Below are positions 51,644 through 60,110 of a stretch of 64,000 nt of DNA, one piece after another. Position numbers and translations under genes: made by a program. Source of the DNA: Veleropilina oligotropha (lineage: Eukaryota); assembly GCA_048128005.1 (NCBI GenBank), contig JBEUKZ010000129.1, forward strand, positions 62,001 through 126,000, written 5' to 3'. Under the pieces are notes generated by a model. The model was given only the letters and a program-made list of their open reading frames with translations, had not been told where the DNA came from and ran no database searches. Every line of letters begins with the position of its first letter. Position 1 is the stretch's first letter.

Positions 51644-52247
51644 ACGATTTCCGCACACCAAGGACCCCCACTCCGCAATCATCTGCGGCCAGACGGGCTG
51701 TGGGAAGACGGTTTTCATGCTTGAACTGCTGGAGGGGGAGTATCGAGGCGTCTTCCGGCATATCGTGGTCCTCTGCCCCACGATCAAGTACAACAAAGCA
51801 TACCAGTCTTGTCCGTGGATCTGGACCGACCCTGAGGTGTATTTAGTCCCCCCGGGTGAGCGACTCCATGACTGGCTGCGGGGGTTCTACCGACTGTTTC
51901 AGGGGGAATCAACTTTATATATCATCGACGACTGCGCCGCGAGCAAGGCTATGGCAAAGAGGAGGGACATGCTGACTTTGTTGGCCTTCAGCGGCAGGCA
52001 TGCTTCCCAGAGCGTATGGGTAGTGACGCAAAAGTACAACTCGGTCTTGAAGGAGCTCAGAGAGCAGACCCGCTGGGTCGCGCTGTTCCATTGCAAGGAC
52101 CGCGACAGTTTCGAGGACTGTCTGCGCGAGAACGATGTAATCCCGTCGCAGGATGAACGGACCGAGGTTCGCCGGCTGTTGGCCGAGACACGACACGCTA
52201 AGCTTCTGTTGAAAACTGATCAGCCCGTTGCTTATAGTGTGCTGTAG
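51615..52247 (+). CDS. A32/FtsK-HerA DNA packaging ATPase
   Basis: Walker A GQTGCGKT, Walker B YIIDD, SGRH arginine finger, VVTQKY. Confidence 0.93.
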   Translation: MADSSKHCTKRFPHTKDPHSAIICGQTGCGKTVFMLELLEGEYRGVFRHIVVLCPTIKYNKAYQSCPWIWTDPEVYLVPPGERLHDWLRGFYRLFQGESTLYIIDDCAASKAMAKRRDMLTLLAFSGRHASQSVWVVTQKYNSVLKELREQTRWVALFHCKDRDSFEDCLRENDVIPSQDERTEVRRLLAETRHAKLLLKTDQPVAYSVL

Positions 52248-52308
52248 CAAGCTGTAGTCTACTGAGCATCTACCCAGCATCTGCCTAGCATCTACAGCAC
52301 TACCTAGC

Positions 52309-53064
52309 ATGTCGGACGCTGTATATCTAGCTTTTGCTTTCAGCCAGAGCCTGATCTTGCTCCTACTCGCTACATTGTGGTATTGGATTTACAGTTATAT
52401 TAGACCGGTGAGGCGATGCTGGAAACGCTTCAGGATGGACAGCCTCATCGATCAACTCATGGATGACGAACAAGAAACGACCATCAACAGCTGTCGCTTG
52501 ACTCCCGATGGCAAGGAACCTGTCAGTAACAGTGGAGTCGCAAGTTCCGTTTGCGCGGCAAAGCGTGAGAGGCTTGCAGCCTTAGCCGTTGGAGGACAGG
52601 CCCACCGATACATGGGGCGTAACCTCACAGTGGACCGGATAGACGACATGACTGACGACGAGGTCGAAAAGCACCACGCGAGGTATGAAGCGAAACTCGG
52701 TGCCGATGTGACGAAGACTCTGGGGACTTCAGCTATTCATCTCTACGCGGGGGCAGCTGGGACGTTCCTGCCCATTCCACCAGCAAACCAGCTACGACTG
52801 ATCGCCGACCTGGAGGCCGACCCGTTCATCTCACATGCCCTGACCACTGCAAGCTGTGAGCTGTATTATAAATATGGCATGTACCTCGCACCGCTGACCG
52901 CAGCGTTGACCACGGCTAAGCACTGCCAATTTGGACATGTTTGCCCGCCTAAGATACCAGATCAAGATGACAACGCCGGAAGTGGACCAAGTGATCGAGA
53001 GACAGCCGATCGAGAGCCAGCCGATAGAGAGGGTGACTTCTTCGACGGACTCATCGGTGAGTAA
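52309..53064 (+). CDS. Hypothetical protein with N-terminal TM helix
   Basis: 251-aa ORF, hydrophobic N-terminus, helical body. Confidence 0.7.
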   Translation: MSDAVYLAFAFSQSLILLLLATLWYWIYSYIRPVRRCWKRFRMDSLIDQLMDDEQETTINSCRLTPDGKEPVSNSGVASSVCAAKRERLAALAVGGQAHRYMGRNLTVDRIDDMTDDEVEKHHARYEAKLGADVTKTLGTSAIHLYAGAAGTFLPIPPANQLRLIADLEADPFISHALTTASCELYYKYGMYLAPLTAALTTAKHCQFGHVCPPKIPDQDDNAGSGPSDRETADREPADREGDFFDGLIGE

Positions 53065-53458
53065 AAAGGACCCGAAAAAAGTGGCTGCAGGGAGGGCCGG
53101 CGCTGCTGCTCGAAAAGCCAAGCAGGAGAAGCTACTGGCCGCGGTTCGAAAAATGAAAGAAGACCTGAGTGCCCCAACAAGTGTTGTCGTTCCATCAGAA
53201 CAGCCCGGGGAGGCGGTTCCAGCCGCAGAAAGACCGCGTGCGCCAGATACACAGAAATCGGACCAATTTAATTGGACCCAGGTAGCCGTCGCTGCCGGTA
53301 CGGTTGCGTTGGTATTTGTTGTCTGGAAGACGTCCTCAGAACGCAGCAACCCTGGTCCATCCACACCACATCAACAGCCACCAGACGCGGACGCTCGGTG
53401 CTCTCGGGCCGCCCCCACTATCGAATTGAAGAAGCAGAACCCTTTTCATATGCAATAG
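52967..53458 (+). CDS. Hypothetical basic protein with TM helix
   Basis: KKDPKKVAAGRAGAAARKAK; TM VAVAAGTVALVFVVW; start codon uncertain. Confidence 0.7.
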   Translation: MTTPEVDQVIERQPIESQPIERVTSSTDSSVSKKDPKKVAAGRAGAAARKAKQEKLLAAVRKMKEDLSAPTSVVVPSEQPGEAVPAAERPRAPDTQKSDQFNWTQVAVAAGTVALVFVVWKTSSERSNPGPSTPHQQPPDADARCSRAAPTIELKKQNPFHMQ

Positions 53459-53483
53459 TCGCAAACGGTACTAATCAACAGTT

Positions 53484-53723
53484 ATGACTACCCCAATCAC
53501 TGATGGAAAGATGCTCGGCAACGCTGTATACCACGCCGCTATAGTGTCAGGCCTCGCCATAGGCTACGCACGCCTGACAAAGATGGTATTCAAGGGAGCG
53601 AGCCCCAAACTGGACTTCACGGGGTACGATGTCGGGATGGTCGTCCTCGACGTATCGCTCGCCATGGCGACGAAAGACATGCTGATCAAGCAAGGCATCA
53701 TTCCGGCCGATATATTGAAGTAG
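53484..53723 (+). CDS. Small hydrophobic protein (79 aa)
   Basis: Two moderately hydrophobic helices; tight gene packing. Confidence 0.7.
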   Translation: MTTPITDGKMLGNAVYHAAIVSGLAIGYARLTKMVFKGASPKLDFTGYDVGMVVLDVSLAMATKDMLIKQGIIPADILK

Positions 53724-53754
53724 TGGGACCTTGCTAGATAATCGCAGCATTTCA

Positions 53755-54183
53755 ATGGCTTCCATTGCGATGCTGGTTGGGGGCGCTCTCGTCAACGCCC
53801 TCGCCTTCAGCGGCTCCAACTTCCTCTTCTCGAAGCTACGCAGCTCCGGTGTCGATGCGGAGCGTAAACGCCACGACATTGCTGTAGAACAGCTCAACGC
53901 TGCTCAGACTAAATGGTCACAACAGAGGGCAGAGCGTCTCGACTGGCTGAACGTTGAACTTCGCCGCCAGGGTCATGCCGTTGGCACATTCCGGGATGTT
54001 GACGCCGCGATCCGTGAGTATGCATTGATCACCGGCAAGAACCTTGACCCCGACCTGGGGGGTGGCCCTGAGCCCGCCCTGTCTGACTACTACACACCGA
54101 GCGATGCCCAGAAGGGACGTGAGATCACCTTCATCATCCTCGGGATGGCTGCGACCGGGTTGGTCGCCTACAAGCTCGCCTAA
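53755..54183 (+). CDS. Membrane protein with hydrophobic N-terminus, coiled coil and C-terminal TM helix
   Basis: MASIAMLVGGALVNALAF...ERKRHDIAVEQL...ITFIILGMAATGLVAYKL. Confidence 0.75.
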   Translation: MASIAMLVGGALVNALAFSGSNFLFSKLRSSGVDAERKRHDIAVEQLNAAQTKWSQQRAERLDWLNVELRRQGHAVGTFRDVDAAIREYALITGKNLDPDLGGGPEPALSDYYTPSDAQKGREITFIILGMAATGLVAYKLA

Positions 54184-54223
54184 TTATTTCCAGTGGACAT
54201 TTTTTTCGTTGGCATGTATAATA

Positions 54224-54445
54224 ATGGGGCTCCCAGAAGAGCTGTACTGCGCTATGCTTGCGGTCGGCTATAGTACTACGTTACTCGACTGCTGGCGCCG
54301 CGACGAAAAGACTATGGTGCGGTTCGCAGTCCTGGTGCTCTCGGGCCCGACCAACCTACGGGCGACGACTGCGCAGCGACCGGCTCCGGAAGCTGAAGCC
54401 TGTTGGAGACTGATCAGTTTACTGGAATACATTGCTGATGGATAG
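54224..54445 (+). CDS. Hypothetical 73-aa protein
   Basis: Fills the gap before the integrase and overlaps its start. Confidence 0.4.
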   Translation: MGLPEELYCAMLAVGYSTTLLDCWRRDEKTMVRFAVLVLSGPTNLRATTAQRPAPEAEACWRLISLLEYIADG

Positions 54446-55436
54446 TAAGCTTGCGAGGATGTACTACAGCCCTAAGGGCTACTGGAAAGGCATTGCCGCG
54501 ATAAAGAAACTAGCTGACGCTGCCAAGGCGTCTGAAGTGGAGGCCCGGACATGGCTTAAGAGGCAGGCTATATGGCAGATCTATTTACCTGCGCCACGGC
54601 GGATTCCAAGACCAAAATTCGACGTCGTAACGCCAAACGAGGTTCACCAAGCCGACCTCCTGTTTCTCCCCCATGACAAGGTCAGACACAAGACCTATAA
54701 GTACGCTTTGACTGTGGTTGATGTGGCCAGTCGCTTTAAAGAAGCTGAGCCTCTGGCCACAAAAGAGGCCAAAGGGGTTGCTGAAGCTCTGTCTCGAATC
54801 TACAGGCGGAGTCCTCTTGGCTGGCCGAAACTGCTTCAAGTCGATCCAGGGCGAGAGTTTATGGGCGCGGTTTCCCAGCTGCTGGCAACGAATAACGTCG
54901 AGGTTAGGCGTGGCCGTGTGGATATCCATCGCGATCAGGGCATTGTGGAGCGCTTCAACCGGACGCTCGCTGAGCGGCTCTTCGGGCACCAGTATGCAAC
55001 AGAGATGCGGTTTGCAGAGTCTGCGAAAGAGGGTCAAAGGTCAACTGAGTGGGTCGCCCGGTTAGCAGCTGTAGTTGCGGCCTTGAATGGGGAAGTGACC
55101 AGGCTGACCGGTAAAAAGCCCAAGGACGCCATCAAGGCACCTCGCGTTGCCCAAAAGCCAGGCGCCACTGTTCCAGGCCGACAGGGGAAGGAACAGAAAC
55201 TCCCCTCTGACGTAGATGTTCGCTACCTTTACTACGATGGTGAGCTGGAGGGGGGTCATCGCCGTGCTACTGACCCGGTGTGGTCTCTAAAAGTTTACAG
55301 GCTTGAACGCTCCGTCACTAAGCCTGACGAGCCTGTGCTCTACTACTTGCTGGATGGACCACCGCGTGGCTTCGTTCGTGAGGAACTTCTCGTGGTGCCT
55401 CGTGATACCCAGCTGCCGCCGGTTCTCAGGCGTTAA
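54438..55436 (+). CDS. Retroviral-like (rve) DDE integrase of Polinton type
   Basis: HQADL, YALTVVDVASRF, LQVDPGREF, GIVERFNRTL; intact D-D-E triad. Confidence 0.95.
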   Translation: MDSKLARMYYSPKGYWKGIAAIKKLADAAKASEVEARTWLKRQAIWQIYLPAPRRIPRPKFDVVTPNEVHQADLLFLPHDKVRHKTYKYALTVVDVASRFKEAEPLATKEAKGVAEALSRIYRRSPLGWPKLLQVDPGREFMGAVSQLLATNNVEVRRGRVDIHRDQGIVERFNRTLAERLFGHQYATEMRFAESAKEGQRSTEWVARLAAVVAALNGEVTRLTGKKPKDAIKAPRVAQKPGATVPGRQGKEQKLPSDVDVRYLYYDGELEGGHRRATDPVWSLKVYRLERSVTKPDEPVLYYLLDGPPRGFVREELLVVPRDTQLPPVLRR

Positions 55437-58400
55437 CAACCGCAAATCCTCGTTTCCGGTTACATTCCAGACACGTTAAGCGCATGTTGTCGCGGGTGTG
55501 GCCCCTGCTGTTGTCCACACGGTCGACACTGAACTGCTGTGTGTCCTTCGGGGAATATGCCCAGAGCAGCTCTATGTTGCATGCTGCGCAGCGGTTGTTT
55601 TGGGCCTCTCTGAGCCGCAGGATGTCGTCGACCTTGAGGTTAAACCCCGGGAGTCCCGTTGCCTGGTCCTGGCGTTTGTACGCCACAAGCTTTTTCTGGA
55701 TGGTCTTTCGGAGCTGTTGCTCGGTTTGCGGCGGGGGCCTGTCCTCAGCACCCTCATCCGGAGGACAGGTTACCCGTTCGAGCTGACGCAGCAGCTCCAC
55801 CCGGGACACGGCTAGGTAGGCGAGATTACTCCACTGAAGGTAGTCGTCGATGATCCAGACTTTCTGTGGGTCGTGAATCGTAAGACCCTGGCTCGAATGG
55901 ATGGTCAGGGCATAGCCCAGGCGCCAATCCGGGGTCAGGATAGCCCGCTCAGCGGCCTCAATGGTGACCTCGACGACGTCGTTCAGAACTAGCTCCTCTC
56001 TGTCGCTGGTGCCCGGAATGATTACCATGATGTTCTGTTTTCTGCTGTCCCTGGGGTGGTACAGGATAGGCACCATGGAGTCTGGGAAGTGCTCCTTGTG
56101 CCTCTGGAGCAACAGCTCTTGAGCCCGTTCGCGGACCTTCTGACGGCTTGTGAGGATTAGGTCGCCTGGCTTCCAGGTGTTGACGAACCGGTCCCATCCG
56201 AGGCAGCTGGGTAGGGTCCGTCGCATCTCGTCGCACTGGACTTTGTCGGGCTGGAGACGGATACGTCTTTTCAGGGCTTGGAGGGCAGGGTCGTCTTTCG
56301 CCCTGTAGTCTACTTCGATCTCTTCATAGTAGTCCGCGGTCTTTCGCAGCCAATCGTGCGGCATCTCGCCCGTAATCGGTGGTGGCTGGCCTTGATCACC
56401 ACAGCAGATAACCTGCACTTCGTGGCGGCCCAGCCAGTCCAAGAACATCTCTAGGATGTGCCGGGGAACAGTACAGACCTCGTCCCAGATAATGACGCGC
56501 GGGATGAACTTCTGACCCATGCGATCAGGCGTCCAGTCGTTCTGGCCGCTCCATCGGAAGAAGCTGTGGTAGGTCTGGGCTTTGACGCCTCTGGTCCGCA
56601 TCTCTTTAGCGAGGCGGTGGGTTGGTGTGAACACGACGGGATTCCTTGCCCGGAAGAGCTCGATCGCTCTCGTAGTCTTGCCACAGCCCCCTCCACCGTT
56701 GAGGTAACTCAGGCGATGGTGGGTCAGTGTGTCATTGTAGCATGGCGCGGTGCTCGGCTGGCTGGAATTGGCGGCACAACAATACTCTGGCTTGGGTAGG
56801 TATGCGGCATGTTCCTGTGGCATATACAGCTGTTCGCCCTTGTCACGCCACTGGGCTGGTGCTACTGGCGGAAGGTACGGCTCCGCGATCAGACATGAGA
56901 TGCACGATTTCTCGCCACAGCCGCAGAGTCTGGGGGCAACGTACACCGTGACATCGTCGAGCTTCTCCAACGAGGCCTTCTTGAGGTAGATGCTGTCCGT
57001 GGCTACCCGGACGGCTTCTGCTGCACTGAAACGCTTCAGCATGCTCAAGAGGTTTATGTGTGCATAGGCCAACATGGATGCCCTCAGGTGGGCGTACTGA
57101 GGCTGGGAGCCATCATAGTACGTGAGGATGTGACCGAGGGGGCATCTCTGAGGAGCGCCAACCAGGGTGCCGCTTTGGCGGGTGTCTCTTACGAGGAAGT
57201 CGAGCTCACCCTGGTCGGTCACCAGTCTACGAGTCAATCTTTTGCCATCGGCTTTGGCGCCTTGGGTGAATTTGCCGATAATGCTGCAGCCCTGGTCACG
57301 ATTCTCCGGAAGCCAGACATCGGTCTGGTTTTTGAACGCGATGATGGCCTCTCGGATCTTGAGGCTTTTTAGCAGTCCAGAGTCTACGAGGAAGGCGAGC
57401 AGCGGGGTGGGTGCCCATCCATTCTCTGCAAAGTGCTTTCCGAACCATGCTACAATGACGGGGTGGATGTCTTGTGCGAACTCCCATTCCACGACCTCAG
57501 CAAACCCGGTCCCGATATCTTGGGGTAGAGGACCGTTAATTGCGACCCGGGTCATGCTGTGGAGTGGGTGTCCGAATCTTTCGAAATAGGGCTTAGCCTC
57601 GCCCTTCCCCAGAAAGCTGGCAGGGTAGCAGGCTTTCATATCGATGCAGCAGACATCGCCCGTGTCGTAATTCATGGAATTCCAGAGACCGCCGTGGCCA
57701 TGCTCTACACAGGCCTTCTGGATGTCATCGAGCAGGCTCGCCGGGGTGGGTTTCCAGCCGTTGGTCTCTTTAGCCATAATGCTAGCTGCATGGTTCACGC
57801 CAAAGGCTCGATCGGCTAGGGACTCGTTTCCCAGCGCTGTACAGGCTTCTTGGAGTATCTCGTGAGTCTCTTTTGTCCTGTACGTGCGGCCGTCCTGAAG
57901 CACGAACTGGTCCACGCCGAGCTGTCGGTCTTTACCGCCTAGGAGCCAGACAGCCAATGGCTCGTTCTGTGTGGCTTGTCGGATAGCTTCCCAGACATCG
58001 CCCTCATACAGGTGGACCTCGCGAGACTGCGGAAAGTGTAGGTCCTTCGACCAGGCGTGGCCGTTGTGACAGATGAGTTCTACGTTTCTGAATGTATTGT
58101 TTCCTTGACCGCGGTACTTCCCACTGTTGTAGATGTCCGCACCGGCAATATCTCTCAAGACAATCGCCCGCTTCAGTATCTTCTCGAGGGTAGCTATATC
58201 ATCCACAGTGGCGCCTGTTACATGGACTCGCTCTTCCCACTCCAGTATTTTCTGCCGCCTTGTCGGGGTGAGTCCGTTTCCTCGCAGGGCACCTTCGAAG
58301 TGCTCAACCACTCTCTGGGCAACGCAGTTGAGATCGCCGTTCTTCATTGGAACCAGGTTGGCGGGGTTTGGTTCTCTGAGAGGATAGACGCCGTAGACGA

Positions 58401-59319
58401 CTGCAGTAACCGGGTAGGCGTTCTCGTAGTAGGCTTTGTCGACCCCAGTGATAGCACCTGGCTTAGTGTCCTGAGAGATCTCAACGACACCCTGGCCCTT
58501 CTTCCTCGCAGCCTTCACCGGGTCAAACTTGTCTTCGACCACCCAGTCGCCTTCACCCCACTCCCGCAAGAACTTTATCCTCAGGAGAAACTCACCCTTG
58601 GGAAGGGCTGTGAGGAGCTGTGCCGCCCTTGCATCTGTCATACGGGCATCCAGGGCCAGCCGTCCAGCCACTTCTATCCTCCATGTGGAGAAGGCCGCCG
58701 CGGCGCCATCGACCTCAAACTCGTCTTTGGCGTCGCTCAAGAGTTCCACCCACGGCTCTTTTGCTGGGAGCCTTACTGGGGGAGGGACCTGGTCATCCAG
58801 GTCGATGAATCGTTGTCCCTCGGGTGTGGTAAATTGCCCTAGAAGATCCTTCTGGTAGTCCTGGGCTGTCCGGGGCTTTTTGGAGAGCGAGGCTAAGTGA
58901 TCTCTCAGAATATCGGGCCCCTTCTGAGCAATAGCCCCCGCAAGGGTCTCTTTCCGAGACCTAGTCAGACCGTGCAGGTGTGGCTTGACGATTCGATCCG
59001 CGATGTTACGAAGTGGCTTCTGTCGTATCTCGGGCTTTTTCTCAGCCTGGGATTCGTATTTACGAGCCTGCAGGGCGGCGTCGACCTCGTCCTTAATCTG
59101 CCGCAACTCGCGAGCACGTCGGCCTCTTTTGTGGGGGTTCTCCACATCTCCACGTATGGAGGGGAACCTTCCCGTTTTCATCGCCCGCTCGAGTCTGCTC
59201 CGAAACTCCGCAGCACGGACCCTGGCGATTGCCCTGACGAGGTCGTGCTTCTTGAGCTTCGACCGAGCGGGAATCCCATAATCTTTCGCTAGATTGCGTA
59301 GTCCACTGATGAGAGGCAT
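55426..59319 (-). CDS. Multidomain replicase (1297 aa): Rho-N-like helix-extension-helix, putative OTU protease, divergent family B polymerase, SF1B helicase, HNH endonuclease
   Basis: IDMKACYP / SIIGKF / ATDSI; GGGGCGKT, TPTH, WDE, GDQGQ, TIHSSQG, YLAVSR; CAAC...SVDRVDNSRGH...N...CLECN. Confidence 0.88.
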   Translation of the reverse strand: MPLISGLRNLAKDYGIPARSKLKKHDLVRAIARVRAAEFRSRLERAMKTGRFPSIRGDVENPHKRGRRARELRQIKDEVDAALQARKYESQAEKKPEIRQKPLRNIADRIVKPHLHGLTRSRKETLAGAIAQKGPDILRDHLASLSKKPRTAQDYQKDLLGQFTTPEGQRFIDLDDQVPPPVRLPAKEPWVELLSDAKDEFEVDGAAAAFSTWRIEVAGRLALDARMTDARAAQLLTALPKGEFLLRIKFLREWGEGDWVVEDKFDPVKAARKKGQGVVEISQDTKPGAITGVDKAYYENAYPVTAVVYGVYPLREPNPANLVPMKNGDLNCVAQRVVEHFEGALRGNGLTPTRRQKILEWEERVHVTGATVDDIATLEKILKRAIVLRDIAGADIYNSGKYRGQGNNTFRNVELICHNGHAWSKDLHFPQSREVHLYEGDVWEAIRQATQNEPLAVWLLGGKDRQLGVDQFVLQDGRTYRTKETHEILQEACTALGNESLADRAFGVNHAASIMAKETNGWKPTPASLLDDIQKACVEHGHGGLWNSMNYDTGDVCCIDMKACYPASFLGKGEAKPYFERFGHPLHSMTRVAINGPLPQDIGTGFAEVVEWEFAQDIHPVIVAWFGKHFAENGWAPTPLLAFLVDSGLLKSLKIREAIIAFKNQTDVWLPENRDQGCSIIGKFTQGAKADGKRLTRRLVTDQGELDFLVRDTRQSGTLVGAPQRCPLGHILTYYDGSQPQYAHLRASMLAYAHINLLSMLKRFSAAEAVRVATDSIYLKKASLEKLDDVTVYVAPRLCGCGEKSCISCLIAEPYLPPVAPAQWRDKGEQLYMPQEHAAYLPKPEYCCAANSSQPSTAPCYNDTLTHHRLSYLNGGGGCGKTTRAIELFRARNPVVFTPTHRLAKEMRTRGVKAQTYHSFFRWSGQNDWTPDRMGQKFIPRVIIWDEVCTVPRHILEMFLDWLGRHEVQVICCGDQGQPPPITGEMPHDWLRKTADYYEEIEVDYRAKDDPALQALKRRIRLQPDKVQCDEMRRTLPSCLGWDRFVNTWKPGDLILTSRQKVRERAQELLLQRHKEHFPDSMVPILYHPRDSRKQNIMVIIPGTSDREELVLNDVVEVTIEAAERAILTPDWRLGYALTIHSSQGLTIHDPQKVWIIDDYLQWSNLAYLAVSRVELLRQLERVTCPPDEGAEDRPPPQTEQQLRKTIQKKLVAYKRQDQATGLPGFNLKVDDILRLREAQNNRCAACNIELLWAYSPKDTQQFSVDRVDNSRGHTRDNMRLTCLECNRKRGFAVVNA

Positions 59320-59367
59320 GACGTATTGCGATATGACACTACAACACAAAGCTCTAATTGGAACTTT

Positions 59368-59667
59368 TTATGTCGTGCGCGACAGCAACTCGCGCAATAC
59401 TGCGCCGTAGAGACGGCGAGCTCGGTTTTTAGTGTTTATGAGAGCCTGGGCGGCACGATGACCTCCACATGGTCTACACACCAGAACGGCCGATTTCGTG
59501 CCCCCCCCACATCTCTTACATGGCGGGGGTGATGTTCTACCCATCCGAATTTGCCGTCGATGGGAATTGCAAAATTCGTTGACGCAGCTACGACCACAAA
59601 CCCCAACGGCATTAATTGTCAACCAAGGGCATACATTCTTTCCCCCCATGGTTATCGCGTATACCAT
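59368..59667 (-). CDS. Small zinc-finger protein
   Basis: C...C-x3-C-x4-C-x2-H followed by CxxC...CxxC; basic. Confidence 0.65.
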   Translation of the reverse strand: MVYAITMGGKNVCPWLTINAVGVCGRSCVNEFCNSHRRQIRMGRTSPPPCKRCGGGTKSAVLVCRPCGGHRAAQALINTKNRARRLYGAVLRELLSRTT

Positions 59668-59816
59668 CGTATATACCAGTCTCTAATATAGAGTATGACA
59701 CTAACACACAAGAGCCCGGGCCGGCGAGGGTAGTGGGCCGTCCCTGGGGGCTCCTACTACATGCTACTCGCTCTGTACACATGGTAACTTTTTGTAATAC
59801 ACGATATACCCTGGGG

Positions 59817-59964
59817 TCTGAAAGGGTGCTGGGAGCCTTAATTTCCCTCGCCGCGCCCCTAGTCTAACTCCCTAGCCCTCCACAGTAATACCAGCTCAGT
59901 TCTGAAATGGTGCTGGGCGCTGTATTTTCCCATTCTAAAAAGTCTATTGACCCCCCCTGCTGCT
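59817..59964 (-). repeat. Right terminal inverted repeat
   Basis: Reverse complement of the left modules; ends CTGCTGCT followed by the TSD. Confidence 0.88.
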
Positions 59965-60000
59965 CAAAGATACACCAGAGCCCGGCTATTGAATCAAGTC

Positions 60001-60110
60001 TAAAGCCGTGTTTCCTCTCGCCCGAATGTGAAAAACGACTAACGACTAACGAATGATAAAATATAAGAACCGAAAATATTCGCATTCGGACGAGTGGAAA
60101 CTCGGCTTTA
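60001..60110. mobile_element. Short MITE with ~32-bp imperfect TIR (Harbinger-like)
   Basis: TAAAGCCGTGTTTCCTCTCGCCCGAATG / CATTCGGACGAGTGGAAACTCGGCTTTA. Confidence 0.5.

Larger units (their letters stand above)
44471..59964. mobile_element. Endogenous Polinton/Maverick-like virus, 15,494 bp
   Basis: Perfect 15-bp terminal IR AGCAGCAGGGGGGGT; TSD CAAAG at 44466-44470 and 59965-59969; GC-rich, intronless, densely packed genes for capsid, penton, ATPase, integrase and polymerase. Confidence 0.93.

Noticed and set aside
55426..56720. Helitron Rep/Hel assignment based on the Pif1-like helicase
   Set aside because: No HUH Rep motifs; the helicase is fused to PolB-like motifs inside a TIR/TSD-bounded, capsid-encoding element
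55484..59292. Numerous plus-strand ORFs over the replicase (e.g. 58057-58842)
   Set aside because: Antisense shadows in GC-rich coding DNA, with no recognisable motifs
44471..59964. Bacterial or phage contamination or chimeric assembly
   Set aside because: Exact TSD, eukaryotic repeat flanks on both sides and a retroviral-type integrase indicate a genuine integration
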